Below, in pieces: positions 38,907 to 49,522 of a stretch of DNA of 64,000 bases. Every line of letters begins with the position of its first letter. Within the stretch, counting starts at the first letter, position 1. The notes under the pieces are model-generated. The model saw nothing but the letters and a program-made list of their open reading frames with translations. It was not told where the DNA came from and searched no databases. The position numbers and the translations under genes are program-made. Source of the stretch: an uncultured delta proteobacterium (GTDB lineage Bacteria; Desulfobacterota; Binatia; UBA9968); assembly GCA_963745835.1 (NCBI GenBank), contig CAVUZH010000013.1, positions 32,001 to 96,000 of the forward strand, given 5' to 3'.

Positions 38907-39689
38907 GATTTTTCCCTCCTTCAGCGCTTAGACGTAGCCACATGGTGAATGTTAACGGGCAACGGATCCGATTTGAAAGACAATTAAGTACGGATCCGAA
39001 AAGGAAAATGTGCTGAGCAACTATCCTGTAATCCCGTGTGTAAATACCTCTCACCCGCTGGCCAAAGTCGCTATAGTTTCGGTTATAGAGTAAAGCAGCC
39101 GATCTAGAATAAGCCTGACGGTCACGAGACAAGAACCACTCACCCGATCGGAGACGTTCACCTCGGCTGCTTTCTCACTCCGACAGAATACCGCCTTCGA
39201 TACTAACACGCCTAGAAAAGACCAAGGCGGCTACAATGATGAGAAGGATCTACGCTCCCCGGACCAACTATCACATGCCTTTGTTAGCTGCGAGAGCAGA
39301 ACGTCGACTACAAAAGCGTGACGTGCTCGCGCTCTTGCCTGACACTAAATAAAAGCGGTCAAGGATTGCTCAGGATATGAAAGAACTTGGGCGAGGTTCC
39401 CAGTCGCTCAAACGGAGCAGTCGAGATTTAAATGCGATCTCCGAAAGGTGACCTGTTGGGACTTCAGTCTAGCCGGTAATCAAATTGATCAAGGAGCGGA
39501 ACGCCACCGCTGAATTCGATGCAGATCTTAGCCAAAAGCTATCGCGACGAACCATCTGATAGCAGAAAAGTAGAATTGTTTAAGTCTTTCAGCCGGTAGT
39601 GGCACTGGGCGGTTCAAGCCATTCAAGGCGCTACTAATCTGTTCGGTTTATGCGCTTGAATCGCGCGCAACATCACCAAATAGGTTGTG

Positions 39690-40436
39690 CTATGCTACGG
39701 CGCCTTTGTAAGCATGGCCGTTGCAATCTACGGCGCAAATCTCGGCCACCGCATCTCGATAGCACAGCCAGCTCGTCAGTGCTTCCTGCATGGCTCTGAC
39801 CACCGTCCCACGCCTTGTCGGCTTGACATAATCGAGAATCGCGGCCCAGGCGGTAGCCCGGTGATTTCCCTCGACCTGCCGGTGCGCTTTGGTGAGCGCC
39901 AAATGTTGGATCGGCAGGCCGTAATGCTTGACTAGCGGATGCTCCTCCAGCGGCGACGGCTCGATGGCTATTGTTGACTCAATTGCACGCCGTTCGTCTT
40001 TCGATCCTTCGACAAAGATCGTGACGATCGCCGCAGCGATCTCCCAGCCATAGAGCTGAGTTGCGTCATCGAGGTATTGCCGATAGCTCTTTGCCGCCGG
40101 CAACAACGCTACGTTAGCGAAACGGCTTAGATCCATTTCCAGGCCGCGTGCATATTCGAGAAACAGCTCGGGATGGGGCCTACCGGCGACCAGTCCACCG
40201 GTCTCTTCTTCGTAAAGATTCTCTGCAAGACTGCGGCGAACTTGCGGGACCGGACAGCGTACATATGCGCGCCCGACCATCACAGGAAAATCGCGAACGT
40301 AGGTGGCATATTCCTGTTCGAGGTGATGATGGAGAAGATCTTTGCGAACCCGCCCGGAGGTAAATGCCGGCCAAGCCCAATGGTCCTTGCCTTCCATCAC
40401 AACTAGGAGCTGTTCGCGAAAAGTTGCTCGATCCAT
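39690..40436 (-). CDS. Heme-oxygenase-like diiron enzyme (CADD/PqqC/TenA superfamily)
   Basis: LAENLYEEETG..PHPELFLEYARGL, VEG, HRQVEGNH ligand set; AAGGGGGAG before ATG 40436. Confidence 0.78.
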   Translation of the reverse strand: MDRATFREQLLVVMEGKDHWAWPAFTSGRVRKDLLHHHLEQEYATYVRDFPVMVGRAYVRCPVPQVRRSLAENLYEEETGGLVAGRPHPELFLEYARGLEMDLSRFANVALLPAAKSYRQYLDDATQLYGWEIAAAIVTIFVEGSKDERRAIESTIAIEPSPLEEHPLVKHYGLPIQHLALTKAHRQVEGNHRATAWAAILDYVKPTRRGTVVRAMQEALTSWLCYRDAVAEICAVDCNGHAYKGAVA

Positions 40437-40697
40437 ATTGCTCCCCCTTTGCGAATAAAATCGTCGCAAGGGTGCCGAGAGCAACTACCATGCCGCCCAA
40501 ACCGGATCCGTAGTTGTAATCTATTCGCGAATTTCACTTCAATAGCAAGGTTGTCGATGTTTGTCCGATAAACCGCTAGCGGGGCGAATGGCTCGGCGAT
40601 TCCAGCGAGATTTGAGCCGGGCACAGACGAGAAATGCGTCAGAATTGCCATTCTCGCGGGCAGATAAGCCAGTGAAGACCGAATTCGGTATTCAGCG

Positions 40698-42050
40698 CTA
40701 TCGTGTTTTAGTCCGCATCGTCACGAACTCTTCCGCAGCTGTCGGATGGATTCCGATCGTCGTATCGAACTGTGTTTTGGTCGCGCCGCAGTTGACCGCA
40801 ACGGCTAACCCCTGAATGATTTCTCCCGCTTCCGGCCCGACCATGTGGCAGCCAAGCACTCGGTCGCTGGCGCGGTCGACTACTAATTTCATCATCGTCT
40901 TCTCCGCGCTTCCGGTCATCGTGTGCCGCAACGGCCGAAACGAGCTCATGTAAATATCGACCTCGAATTCACGGCGGCGCGCCTGCTCCTCGGTTAACCC
41001 GACGGTGCCGCAATTAGGCGCACTGAAAATCGCAGTGGCGACGTTCTCATAATCGAGCATGATCGGTCTGTTATTGAAGAGCGTATTTGCCACGGCCGTG
41101 CCCTCGGCAATGGCAACTGGAGTGAGCATTAAGCGGTCCGTGCAATCACCGATCGCATAGATACTTTCAACGCTCGAGCGCAAGTACGGATCGACAACAA
41201 CCGCGCCGCTCTGTCTCAGTTCGACACCGGCGTTTTCCAGGCCCAAATCTCGAGTCTTCGGCACGCGGCCGGTGGCATAGAGAATCTGATTGGCGTTGAT
41301 TATGCTGCCATCGATTAGCGTGGCATTCAGTACGTCCCCGTGCTTTTCGATTTGGGCGATATCGGTCTTGAAGCGAAGATCGATCCCTCGCTTGAGCATC
41401 TCATCCGCGAGCGTGAGCCGGATATCGTTGTCGAAGCCGCGCAGAAACAACTCGCCGCGATACAGCTGCGCCGTCTCTGCGCCGAGCCCATGAAAGATTC
41501 CCGCGAACTCGACGCCGATGTAGCCACCGCCGACGACAATCACTTTACTCGGCAGTTCGGCAAGGTAAAAAGCTTCGTTTGAAGTGATTACGTGCTCGGA
41601 TCCGGGAAATGTCGGGATCGAGGGCCAACTGCCCACGGCGATCAGAATATATTTTGCCGTGTAACGCTTGCCGTTTACTCCTATGGTGTGCGGATCGAGA
41701 ACTTGCGCGCGGCCTTCGATTATTTCTACGCCGGCATCATCGAGTAGCTTCCGGTAAACGCCATTAAGCCGGTGAATCTCATTATCCTTATTGGCAATCA
41801 GTTTTGCCCAATTGATGCTCTGTTGCCCCACTGTCCAGCCGAAACCGGCAGCGTCTCTAAAATCGTCCAAGTAATGAGAGGCGTAAACCAGAAGTTTCTT
41901 TGGGATGCAGCCGACATTCACGCACGTGCCGCCGAGAGCACTTTCTTCGGCAACTGCCACCTTCGCGCCAAATGCTGCGGCAACGCGACTGCCCCGGACA
42001 CCGCCAGAGCCGGCGCCGATGGTAAACAAATCATAATCGTATTTAGCCAT
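40698..42050 (-). CDS. gor: Glutathione-disulfide reductase
   Basis: [54 protein letters not shown]. Confidence 0.93.
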   Translation of the reverse strand: MAKYDYDLFTIGAGSGGVRGSRVAAAFGAKVAVAEESALGGTCVNVGCIPKKLLVYASHYLDDFRDAAGFGWTVGQQSINWAKLIANKDNEIHRLNGVYRKLLDDAGVEIIEGRAQVLDPHTIGVNGKRYTAKYILIAVGSWPSIPTFPGSEHVITSNEAFYLAELPSKVIVVGGGYIGVEFAGIFHGLGAETAQLYRGELFLRGFDNDIRLTLADEMLKRGIDLRFKTDIAQIEKHGDVLNATLIDGSIINANQILYATGRVPKTRDLGLENAGVELRQSGAVVVDPYLRSSVESIYAIGDCTDRLMLTPVAIAEGTAVANTLFNNRPIMLDYENVATAIFSAPNCGTVGLTEEQARRREFEVDIYMSSFRPLRHTMTGSAEKTMMKLVVDRASDRVLGCHMVGPEAGEIIQGLAVAVNCGATKTQFDTTIGIHPTAAEEFVTMRTKTR

Positions 42051-42135
42051 GAAACCCGCCTTTCAAGGGATGTCCGGCTATGATAAAAGGTACATCCCCA
42101 TTCCTCAACCGTAAGACTGCTTCACTGTAACGTCT

Positions 42136-42164
42136 TTGACACTTTACGGAATTTGATCGAGAAT
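42136..42164 (+). promoter_or_regulatory. Candidate sigma70 promoter for the MFS gene
   Basis: TTGACA-17 nt-GAGAAT. Confidence 0.35.
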
Positions 42165-42199
42165 GCCGCACTTGCTCGATTCTCGTTTGCCACTTGACC

Positions 42200-43447
42200 A
42201 TGTCACCACCCTCTCAGAGCACCACCGGAAGCCGACGTTTACTCGCAGCTATGAGCGCGCTGCGCCATCGCAACTATCGTCTCTACTGGTTCGGCCAGCT
42301 TTTTTCCGTGCTCGCGCAAAACATGGAAGCTGTCGCCCAGAGTTGGCTCGTGCTTGAAATCACCAACTCGCCGCTTCTCCTCGGCCTCACCGGATTAACC
42401 TTCTCGATTCCTACGATCGTGCTGACACTGCTCGGCGGGGCGGTGGCCGATCGCACGGACCGCAAGCGGATCATGATTTTCTCGCAGATCGGCTCGGTCG
42501 TGATGTTCTTGTTATTGGCGCTTCTGGTCATAACTGAACGGGTGGCGCTCTGGCACGTCATGACCTTGGCCTTCTTCTCAGGGTGCGTCAAAGCTTTCGA
42601 CCGGCCGAGCCGGATGGCTCTACTGCCGCAGATGGTGCCGAAACACGATATTCCGAACGCCGTCGCAATTGGCGGCACCATCTGGCAGTTAAACAAGCTT
42701 GTCGGCCCGGCGCTCGCCGGCATGCTGATTTATCTGATCGGCATCGGCGCGACTTATCTGTTCTGCTGCGCCGCTTCAGCAACCGCCATCTTCCTTTGGT
42801 TCGGCATCCGCCTGGATAGCCAGCGGATCACAACATCTGCAGGCGGCCTCCTGCAGAACATGCTGGATGGGCTAAATTTCATTCGCAAGAGTGAAATCTA
42901 TTACACCTTCATCGGCATGACGTTTTTTAACAGCGTCTTTGGCATGTCTTATTTGATTTTGATGCCGGTATTTGCGCGCGACATTCTGTCGGTGGGCTCC
43001 GAAGGCTTCGGTTTTCTGCAGAGCGCAGGGGGCGCCGGCGCTCTTTGCGGAGTTTTACTGGTCGCCTATTTCGGCCAAGCGCGCGGCAAGGGCAAACAGG
43101 CAATCAGCGGCGCTCTAGCTTTCGGCGCGCTGCTGATTGTGTTTGCGTATTCCAATTCGTATGCGCTTTCGCTTGCAATGGCGTGCTTGCTCGGGGTGGC
43201 AAGCCAGTTCTACATGACGACCATTCACGCGATCCTGCAAGTAAACCTGCCCGATCAACTGCGCGGGCGCGTCATGGGCATTCATGGATTGGCCTGGGAG
43301 CTCATGCCTGTCGGCGGCATGATCGGCGGGGTTATCGCTGAAGTTAGTGGCGCGCCGGCGGCGGTCGCCTTTGGCGGCGTGATGGTTGCCGGGATGGCAC
43401 TGGCAGTGGCGATATTCCTGCCGAGCATCCGGCGGTTGGAACAGTAA
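42200..43447 (+). CDS. MFS transporter (DHA3/EntS-like)
   Basis: ALRHRNYRLYWFGQ, GGAVADRTDRKR, PDQLRGRVMG; about 12 TM segments. Confidence 0.9.
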   Translation: MSPPSQSTTGSRRLLAAMSALRHRNYRLYWFGQLFSVLAQNMEAVAQSWLVLEITNSPLLLGLTGLTFSIPTIVLTLLGGAVADRTDRKRIMIFSQIGSVVMFLLLALLVITERVALWHVMTLAFFSGCVKAFDRPSRMALLPQMVPKHDIPNAVAIGGTIWQLNKLVGPALAGMLIYLIGIGATYLFCCAASATAIFLWFGIRLDSQRITTSAGGLLQNMLDGLNFIRKSEIYYTFIGMTFFNSVFGMSYLILMPVFARDILSVGSEGFGFLQSAGGAGALCGVLLVAYFGQARGKGKQAISGALAFGALLIVFAYSNSYALSLAMACLLGVASQFYMTTIHAILQVNLPDQLRGRVMGIHGLAWELMPVGGMIGGVIAEVSGAPAAVAFGGVMVAGMALAVAIFLPSIRRLEQ

Positions 43448-43479
43448 CTCCGGTGTGTTAAGCAAGCCGAACAAGTGAC

Positions 43480-44463
43480 ATGACGGAGAAGAAAGCCAAA
43501 AAGAAATCCGGCGCACCGCGTAAGCGACGTAAGCTGGCGGGAAAATCCACCGGACTGATGCCGAACGAACTTGCCGGCACAGCTCCCCCGGCTATTGAAA
43601 GTCTGCAACGCGCCGTCGAGGAAGATGGCGGCAGAGTGATCAGCAGTTATCGCGAGCCGTTTGGCGGCCAATGGTTGATCATGGCTTCGTTGCCGATCCA
43701 GCAAGTCGAACCAACGCCCTATCAACGCAATCTTTCCGATACTCACGTGCGCAAGCTCGAAACCGTCATCGCCAAGCTCGGCCGCTTCCTCGATCCGATC
43801 ATTGTCGTGCGCGGCGAACCGAACCAAGACGGAGTTCGCTATTGGACCCCCAACGGCAATCATCGTCTATCGGCGCTGCGCACTTTGGGCGCCAAGTCGG
43901 TCACTGCGATAGTAGTGCCGGAAACTTCAACCGCTTACAAAATTCTCGCCTTGAACACGGAAAAGAGTCACAACCTCCGAGAACGAGCCCTTGAAGTGAT
44001 CAAGATGTATCAAGAACTGGCGACCCTCGATGAAGCGGCCGAAGATACTTATGCGCTTGAGTTTGAAGACGCGGCGCTCATCACCTTGGGCTTGTGTTAT
44101 CTTGAACAAGGCCGCTTCAGCGGCGGCGCCTACCACCCGATTCTTCGGCGCATTGATGGTTTCATAAAGAAGCCTTTGCAAGCGGCCTGGGAAATCCGCC
44201 GTGAGCGCTCCAAAATGTTGATGGATTTGGACAAGAAGGTTTGTGAAAGAGTCGATACCCTTAAGAAGAGAGGTCTAACCAGCCCATATCTTAAGAGCTT
44301 CGTTGTCGCCCGCATCAATCCAATCCGCTTCCGGCCAAAAGACGCTGCGCCGCTCAGCTATAATGAAGTGCTGGAACGAATGATCAAAGCGGTCGATAAA
44401 TTCAACCCGGAAAAGATTAGGATGGAAGATTTGGCGAAGTCAGGCGGCGCGCCTGAGGACTAA
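43480..44463 (+). CDS. ParB/Srx N-terminal domain-containing protein
   Basis: PTPYQRNLS, FLDPIIV, TPNGNHRLSA (GxxRxxA), ALNTEK. Confidence 0.78.
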   Translation: MTEKKAKKKSGAPRKRRKLAGKSTGLMPNELAGTAPPAIESLQRAVEEDGGRVISSYREPFGGQWLIMASLPIQQVEPTPYQRNLSDTHVRKLETVIAKLGRFLDPIIVVRGEPNQDGVRYWTPNGNHRLSALRTLGAKSVTAIVVPETSTAYKILALNTEKSHNLRERALEVIKMYQELATLDEAAEDTYALEFEDAALITLGLCYLEQGRFSGGAYHPILRRIDGFIKKPLQAAWEIRRERSKMLMDLDKKVCERVDTLKKRGLTSPYLKSFVVARINPIRFRPKDAAPLSYNEVLERMIKAVDKFNPEKIRMEDLAKSGGAPED

Positions 44464-44982
44464 TAGTGAGAGTTGCTAATGCAGGGAAATTGTTGCTTGT
44501 CCGACTTATTTCCTTGCGACTCATTCTTGACAATTCGTTGCGCAAGAGGCAGTGGCTCTCTTTGCTCGGTGGCTTGCTGTGCAGCGTAAACTGCCACAGT
44601 ACTAAAATATGGTCCCGCTTGGGAGAAATTCTGGAGAAGGATTCGGGACTGAGCTAGCGTCCGCTATTTTGCGTTAGATGGTCAGAATCGAATGAAACTC
44701 GGCGGGTAGTATAAACCACGACAAATCACCAATGTTGTTCGCAGAGCCGGAATATTCGAGATAAGTTAACAACCGTGGTCCTTGCCGGCACGCCGATGCG
44801 AGTTACCAGCGGCGAGACTATTGTCACCGCATGTACTCATGACAGTAAAGGCAGTCAACCCAACGGGCAAGCCGTTATAAGCGAAAGATCCAAATCCGGG
44901 GGAGGGGCACATGACACGCGAAGAATCGCCGGCTCCCTGCACGACAGCAGCCATCACAGTCGGAACACGAGGGGTATAAACC

Positions 44983-45729
44983 ATGCCTGAGATTGAGAAA
45001 GAATATCTTGTCGGAACCGTCAGACCCACTAACCGGCCGGAGGCCGGTCAAGAGATCGATCTCGACGAAAGAATTCCGGCAAAGATCAAATTCGTTAGCC
45101 TGACCATGAATTTCACACAGGGCACTGACGAAGAGTTCAGCACGTCGATGCCGGGCTATGAGGCGAAGTCTGCCGAGTTGGCGAAGATGGGCGCCCACTT
45201 GGTGCGCCCGAGCGGCGCGCCGCCGTTTATGCTACTTGGTTACAAAGGTGAGCGGGAAATCATTAACAGTTGGGAGAAGAAGTACCGCGTTCAGATGTTT
45301 ACTTCCGGACAGAATCATGTGCGCGCACTACGTACAATGGGGATAAAGAAATTTGTCGGAGCCAGCTACTTCCCCGAGAAGATGAACGCGATTTTCGCAC
45401 GCTACTTTACCGACGCAGGTTTCCAGGTGTTAGCTATGGAAGGAATCGATTCTCCTTTCGCTGAGGTTCCAAACGTTCCACCGGAAAACATTTTCCAATT
45501 CATGAAAGGCATCGCCGCTAAGCACATAGATGCGGACGGCATCTACATGCTCGGTTCGGCCTGGAAAACTCTTGACATTATCGATCCGTTAGAGAAGGAC
45601 CTGGGGTTACCGGTTATTCACGCCGGACCGGCACGATGTTGGGAGACGCAGCTACGACTCGGTCTGCGCTATCCCATTGAAGGATACGGAAGATTGCTGG
45701 CGGAGATGCCGGGGTTATCCGATGGATGA
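44983..45729 (+). CDS. Asp/Glu racemase superfamily (maleate isomerase/arylmalonate decarboxylase-like) protein lacking catalytic Cys
   Basis: ALRTMGIKKF..SY, ADGIYMLGSAW, LEKDLGLPVI, IEGYGRLL. Confidence 0.8.
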   Translation: MPEIEKEYLVGTVRPTNRPEAGQEIDLDERIPAKIKFVSLTMNFTQGTDEEFSTSMPGYEAKSAELAKMGAHLVRPSGAPPFMLLGYKGEREIINSWEKKYRVQMFTSGQNHVRALRTMGIKKFVGASYFPEKMNAIFARYFTDAGFQVLAMEGIDSPFAEVPNVPPENIFQFMKGIAAKHIDADGIYMLGSAWKTLDIIDPLEKDLGLPVIHAGPARCWETQLRLGLRYPIEGYGRLLAEMPGLSDG

Positions 45730-45914
45730 GCAGAAAAGCCGATCTTGGAACCGTTAAATATCCACGATGCAACCTTCCCCCACGATAGACTTGGCGATAT
45801 CGCGGTAGACCTCCTCACTACGACGTCAATTTTCGTTAATGAACTAAAGCTCCCCAGACCCGCGATCACGGCCGCGGATTTATCTATCACGACTCCGATT
45901 CGGGCCTGCAGCTT

Positions 45915-46925
45915 TCATTTAGAGTGACCTAGCTCCTCGTCTATAATCTGAGCGAAAACCTCTAACGGCTGTGCGCCGGACAGCTCCCGACCATTAATGA
46001 AAAATGCCGGAGTTCCGGTTAAGCCCAAACTAGCGCCCTCGTTCATATCTTTTTGAATTGCCGCTTGATATTTGCCGCTAGCCAGACATTTATCGAAGAC
46101 CTCCTGATTTAACCCGAGGTCCTTAGCGTACAACTTCAGATCTTCTGGAGCCGCGTTAGGTGACGATGCATAAAGCTTGTCATGATACTCCCAGAACTTG
46201 CCCTCATCGTCAGCGCAGCGAGCCGCCTCCGCTGCCTGCCGGGCCTGCGGGTGGATCTGATCTAATGGCAGATCCTTGTGAACCAGTCGGACCTTACCGT
46301 CGTAACGTTTAAGCACCTCCTGAAAATTCGGCTGAACCGCTTTACAATACGGACACTGAAAGTCCTCAAACTTTACAATCGTGACTTCCGCCTTTTCGGA
46401 ACCCTTGGAGGGGGCGCCATTGACGGATAAGTCCACTCGTACGAGCTCTGGAGGCTTTAAATAAGTAGTCACCTTTCCGTTGATACGCAGCGTTTTAAAA
46501 TATTCGATTTTTCGCTCGGTGATTTTCTGCTCGTGCAAATAGTTGCGTATCTGATCGCGAACCTTCTCGAATTCGACCGGAATCCGCTCTTTGTTCTTGT
46601 CGTACAAACCCCGTATCTCCTCTTCGGAAGGCGGCTTAACTGAATTGTTGACCTCCTGCTCCAACAGAGTCGCCACAGACACGCCTCGCTTCTTCGCCTC
46701 TTGTGTTACCAGCATCGCTCCGATGTATTCGTCGAGTTTCTGCCTCTCTAACTGATATAGTTGTTGACGCAGCGATTGGAGCTGCTTCCCGCCTGACTTA
46801 TCGATGTCTATGCGAGTGACGATAGTTCCATCAATCTCTGCTAGGCGTTCCGAACCTCTGTTGGTTTGACAACTCGATGCCGCCCAAACAGATAGGCAAA
46901 GAAGAAGGATGCTAATCCTGTGCAT
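45915..46925 (-). CDS. DsbA-family thiol:disulfide oxidoreductase with N-terminal SurA-like helical domain
   Basis: Signal peptide with Cys, FEDFQCPYC, GKFWEYHDKL, GTPAFFING. Confidence 0.88.
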   Translation of the reverse strand: MHRISILLLCLSVWAASSCQTNRGSERLAEIDGTIVTRIDIDKSGGKQLQSLRQQLYQLERQKLDEYIGAMLVTQEAKKRGVSVATLLEQEVNNSVKPPSEEEIRGLYDKNKERIPVEFEKVRDQIRNYLHEQKITERKIEYFKTLRINGKVTTYLKPPELVRVDLSVNGAPSKGSEKAEVTIVKFEDFQCPYCKAVQPNFQEVLKRYDGKVRLVHKDLPLDQIHPQARQAAEAARCADDEGKFWEYHDKLYASSPNAAPEDLKLYAKDLGLNQEVFDKCLASGKYQAAIQKDMNEGASLGLTGTPAFFINGRELSGAQPLEVFAQIIDEELGHSK

Positions 46926-46968
46926 AATGAAAAAGTACGAAGTGGCGGGATGCGGAACTGAACCATGC

Positions 46969-46988
46969 CACGTCCCTTAGGGGACGTG
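46969..46988. terminator. Small hairpin between tadG and dsbA
   Basis: cacgtccc-ttag-gggacgtg. Confidence 0.35.
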
Positions 46989-47022
46989 AAAGCCCTGCTC
47001 AGTTGGAGACTCAGTTCACTAG

Positions 47023-48042
47023 CTAATATCCTTTGCCAGGTTCCCGTACTAGCCTATGGTTAAAGCATAGATTGCCATCGATAAACTCGTTGCCGTACTT
47101 CGGATCACAGACGACTTTAGCTGTGATAGTTTTCGGATTGCCCTGACTGGAAACTGCTGTCGGGTAGATTTTAGCCCAACTCGTTATCTTGGTCGGGTTG
47201 CTCGGGTCACAGTTCCCGCCGCCGCCAATGACGGGCACGAGCCACCACCTATTCGGATGGTCCTTCGTGAAGAAATCATCGGCTCGATTCAGTGCACTAT
47301 TTGCCTGGCCCCTATTTTGGCAAATCGGTGTGCCGATCTCGATTGGACCTAGATTTGCCCCGCCACCCGAGCATTCCTCGGCGACCTTGAACAGTGCCTT
47401 GATATCCTTGGCACCCGATGAGCAATCCAGAAAAGTCGTCCAGCAGGAGTTTTCACTATTGGTATCGTCCTTTTGATCGGGGTGTTGCATCTTTATTTCG
47501 GTAGTTTTTTCTTCCCCCACGGCGCCGCAGACGTTTGACCATAGGGCTATGGGGATCGCGGGCTTAGTTGATATCGTAGCCACGGCGCTGACGTTCACGT
47601 TCTGGGTCCCCGGTGTGCTCATTCCCAAGAGATTCATGAGCGGCGTCAAGAACATCGGCGTTGTAATGCCGTGGCCGCCCTCGCGTGCGACCCTGACGCC
47701 ATTGGCCGTGGCGATCGGCTCATTGTAACGCTCAACATTATTGGTCGTGAAGTTGTAATAAACGTAACTCACGTCGGTCGATTTGAGCGCATCGGTACCG
47801 CTCGCCACATAGTCATTCGTTGCATTAAAGGCGACGGCGCGTGCACTGACCTGATTGGGATCTCGCGACGGCAGGGCAGATACGGCGGCCAGCGCGGCGG
47901 CGTCAACAGCCGATTGTCCTTGGTTCCGAGTATAGGTTAATTGGCCTGTGTCCAAACCAAGCCCAACGATAACCATGAGAAGAACAATCATTAGCGTTAC
48001 CAGAACGATGACGGATCCGCTTTCGTTTTTTACAGGTTGCAT
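47023..48042 (-). CDS. tadG: TadG-like pilus assembly protein, Cys-rich C-terminal domain
   Basis: NESGSVIVLV..GLGLDTG..QSAVDAAALAA; GGAG before ATG 48042. Confidence 0.8.
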   Translation of the reverse strand: MQPVKNESGSVIVLVTLMIVLLMVIVGLGLDTGQLTYTRNQGQSAVDAAALAAVSALPSRDPNQVSARAVAFNATNDYVASGTDALKSTDVSYVYYNFTTNNVERYNEPIATANGVRVAREGGHGITTPMFLTPLMNLLGMSTPGTQNVNVSAVATISTKPAIPIALWSNVCGAVGEEKTTEIKMQHPDQKDDTNSENSCWTTFLDCSSGAKDIKALFKVAEECSGGGANLGPIEIGTPICQNRGQANSALNRADDFFTKDHPNRWWLVPVIGGGGNCDPSNPTKITSWAKIYPTAVSSQGNPKTITAKVVCDPKYGNEFIDGNLCFNHRLVREPGKGY

Positions 48043-48063
48043 AAACTTCTCCAAATCACCGCG

Positions 48064-48552
48064 CTATGAATGTGTGCCACTGGCTGTGATTGCCGTACAC
48101 AGGCCAGTATTTGTAGTTGGCTGTAGCTCGTACGACATTCTGGTCGTCCGCCTAATCGCAATCGGATCAGGAGGTGTAAATCCTAACAGCCCGATCAGGC
48201 GGTAGAAGAAAAAGTTATAAGTTCCTTGAGCTTGCACTTCAACGAATTTTGCACAGTTCGCTGCCCCCGTCGCATAATAGTTGACCGTCGCCTGCCTGAT
48301 TGCTGGCGATCCCGTCACCAGACGCTCCGGCAGGTTATCGTAAACCTGGGTTGCCAGGTTTGTAGCCTTTGCATTAGTCATGGCATCAGTAGTTGAAGCT
48401 ATTCGCGCAGCATCGCGTACCGCATTCTGAGTGATATGACCGGTAAAGATTGAGATTCCAAAATCGACAGGAACATATAAAGCAACTAAGATTAACGGGG
48501 TCATCAGCGCGATTTCGACTATGCTCTGTCCCTTGCAATTTAATAAACGCAT
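48064..48552 (-). CDS. tadE: TadE/TadF-like pseudopilin
   Basis: KGQSIVEIAL..DFG..NAVRDAAR. Confidence 0.85.
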   Translation of the reverse strand: MRLLNCKGQSIVEIALMTPLILVALYVPVDFGISIFTGHITQNAVRDAARIASTTDAMTNAKATNLATQVYDNLPERLVTGSPAIRQATVNYYATGAANCAKFVEVQAQGTYNFFFYRLIGLLGFTPPDPIAIRRTTRMSYELQPTTNTGLCTAITASGTHS

Positions 48553-48572
48553 ATGACCTCGGCCAAATTAAA

Positions 48573-49112
48573 CTAGCATTGATGTTCCCAACGCATGGAG
48601 GTTTCTCGGGTAATCGATTGGGTATTTAAATCGGCCGTGACACCCATTAGATGCAACAACTGGTAGAAAAAGAAATTGTAGGTTCCCTCCACCCTAACTT
48701 GCACCAACTGGTTGCAGCTAGGTCCGGAAAGAGGATCCACAGTAATGATCGCCCCGGGAAGTAACGCACTGGAGAGTCGATTTGCAGTTTCCTTTAAAAT
48801 AGTGCCGTCTGCTAACGAAAAGCAGGCCGGCAAAGTACAATTTCCTACTTGAGTCGAGTAGCTAGGATCGGCAGCACCGATTCTCGCCCCCTCGCGAGAG
48901 GCATTTGCCGCCAGCTGGCTGCTAAAAAAAGCCAAACCGAAATCAGCGGGAATCCAGGCGATCACTAGAAGCAGGACAAAAATTAGAGTGAACTCTACAA
49001 CCGCTTGCCCCCTCATATTGGAGGTGAAGGAGAGGAGCAGCCTCCAAAACTGACAATCCGTCCGATTTGGCTTTATCGAGGATTGTCCTGGCTTTTTGTT
49101 AAGAAAGTCCAC
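48573..49112 (-). CDS. tadE: TadE-like pseudopilin
   Basis: RGQAVVEFTL..DFG..ASREGAR; start uncertain (GTG 49112 or ATG 49016). Confidence 0.85.
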   Translation of the reverse strand: MDFLNKKPGQSSIKPNRTDCQFWRLLLSFTSNMRGQAVVEFTLIFVLLLVIAWIPADFGLAFFSSQLAANASREGARIGAADPSYSTQVGNCTLPACFSLADGTILKETANRLSSALLPGAIITVDPLSGPSCNQLVQVRVEGTYNFFFYQLLHLMGVTADLNTQSITRETSMRWEHQC

Positions 49113-49119
49113 GCCATTT

Positions 49120-49518
49120 TTATCCTATTTCAGTTAGCCGAGTGTCCCTTAGATCATCTATCCCGGAAGTTTCCACCAGCGAAATTTCTAATTGATCGCC
49201 AACTTCAGTGTGAGATTTTTTGATCGTACCGTTTGGCAGCTCAAGCACGCTATATCCCTTCAGCTGAATGCCGCTGATTCTGTAAGGCACCATGCCGGAA
49301 GCAATTCCCAGTACGATATTACTCTTATCCAAGAAGACCACGTCGATGGGAAATTTCATCCCGATCGTGTGTATGCCCTTGCTCGGCATCAGCCACAAGG
49401 CTTCCTCAGGACCAAGAGTTGATCGCTTGAGCAGCCCTACCAAGCGCGTGACAAAGTTATCTGCTTTTCTGATCTTCGTGGCCAGCCACGTGTTCTTTGT
49501 TAAATTGATGACCGGCAC
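49120..49518 (-). CDS. DUF192 family protein
   Basis: ADNFVTRLVGLL, IHTIGMKFPIDVVFLD, VLELPNG. Confidence 0.88.
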   Translation of the reverse strand: MPVINLTKNTWLATKIRKADNFVTRLVGLLKRSTLGPEEALWLMPSKGIHTIGMKFPIDVVFLDKSNIVLGIASGMVPYRISGIQLKGYSVLELPNGTIKKSHTEVGDQLEISLVETSGIDDLRDTRLTEIG

Positions 49519-49522
49519 AGAC

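Noticed and set aside
38940-39680. About 750 bp ORF-free gap examined for tRNA, riboswitch or gene remnant
   Set aside because: No cloverleaf, riboswitch core or recognisable peptide found by eye
46952-46970. TGGCATGG on the minus strand before dsbA as a sigma54 promoter
   Set aside because: No GC at the -12 position
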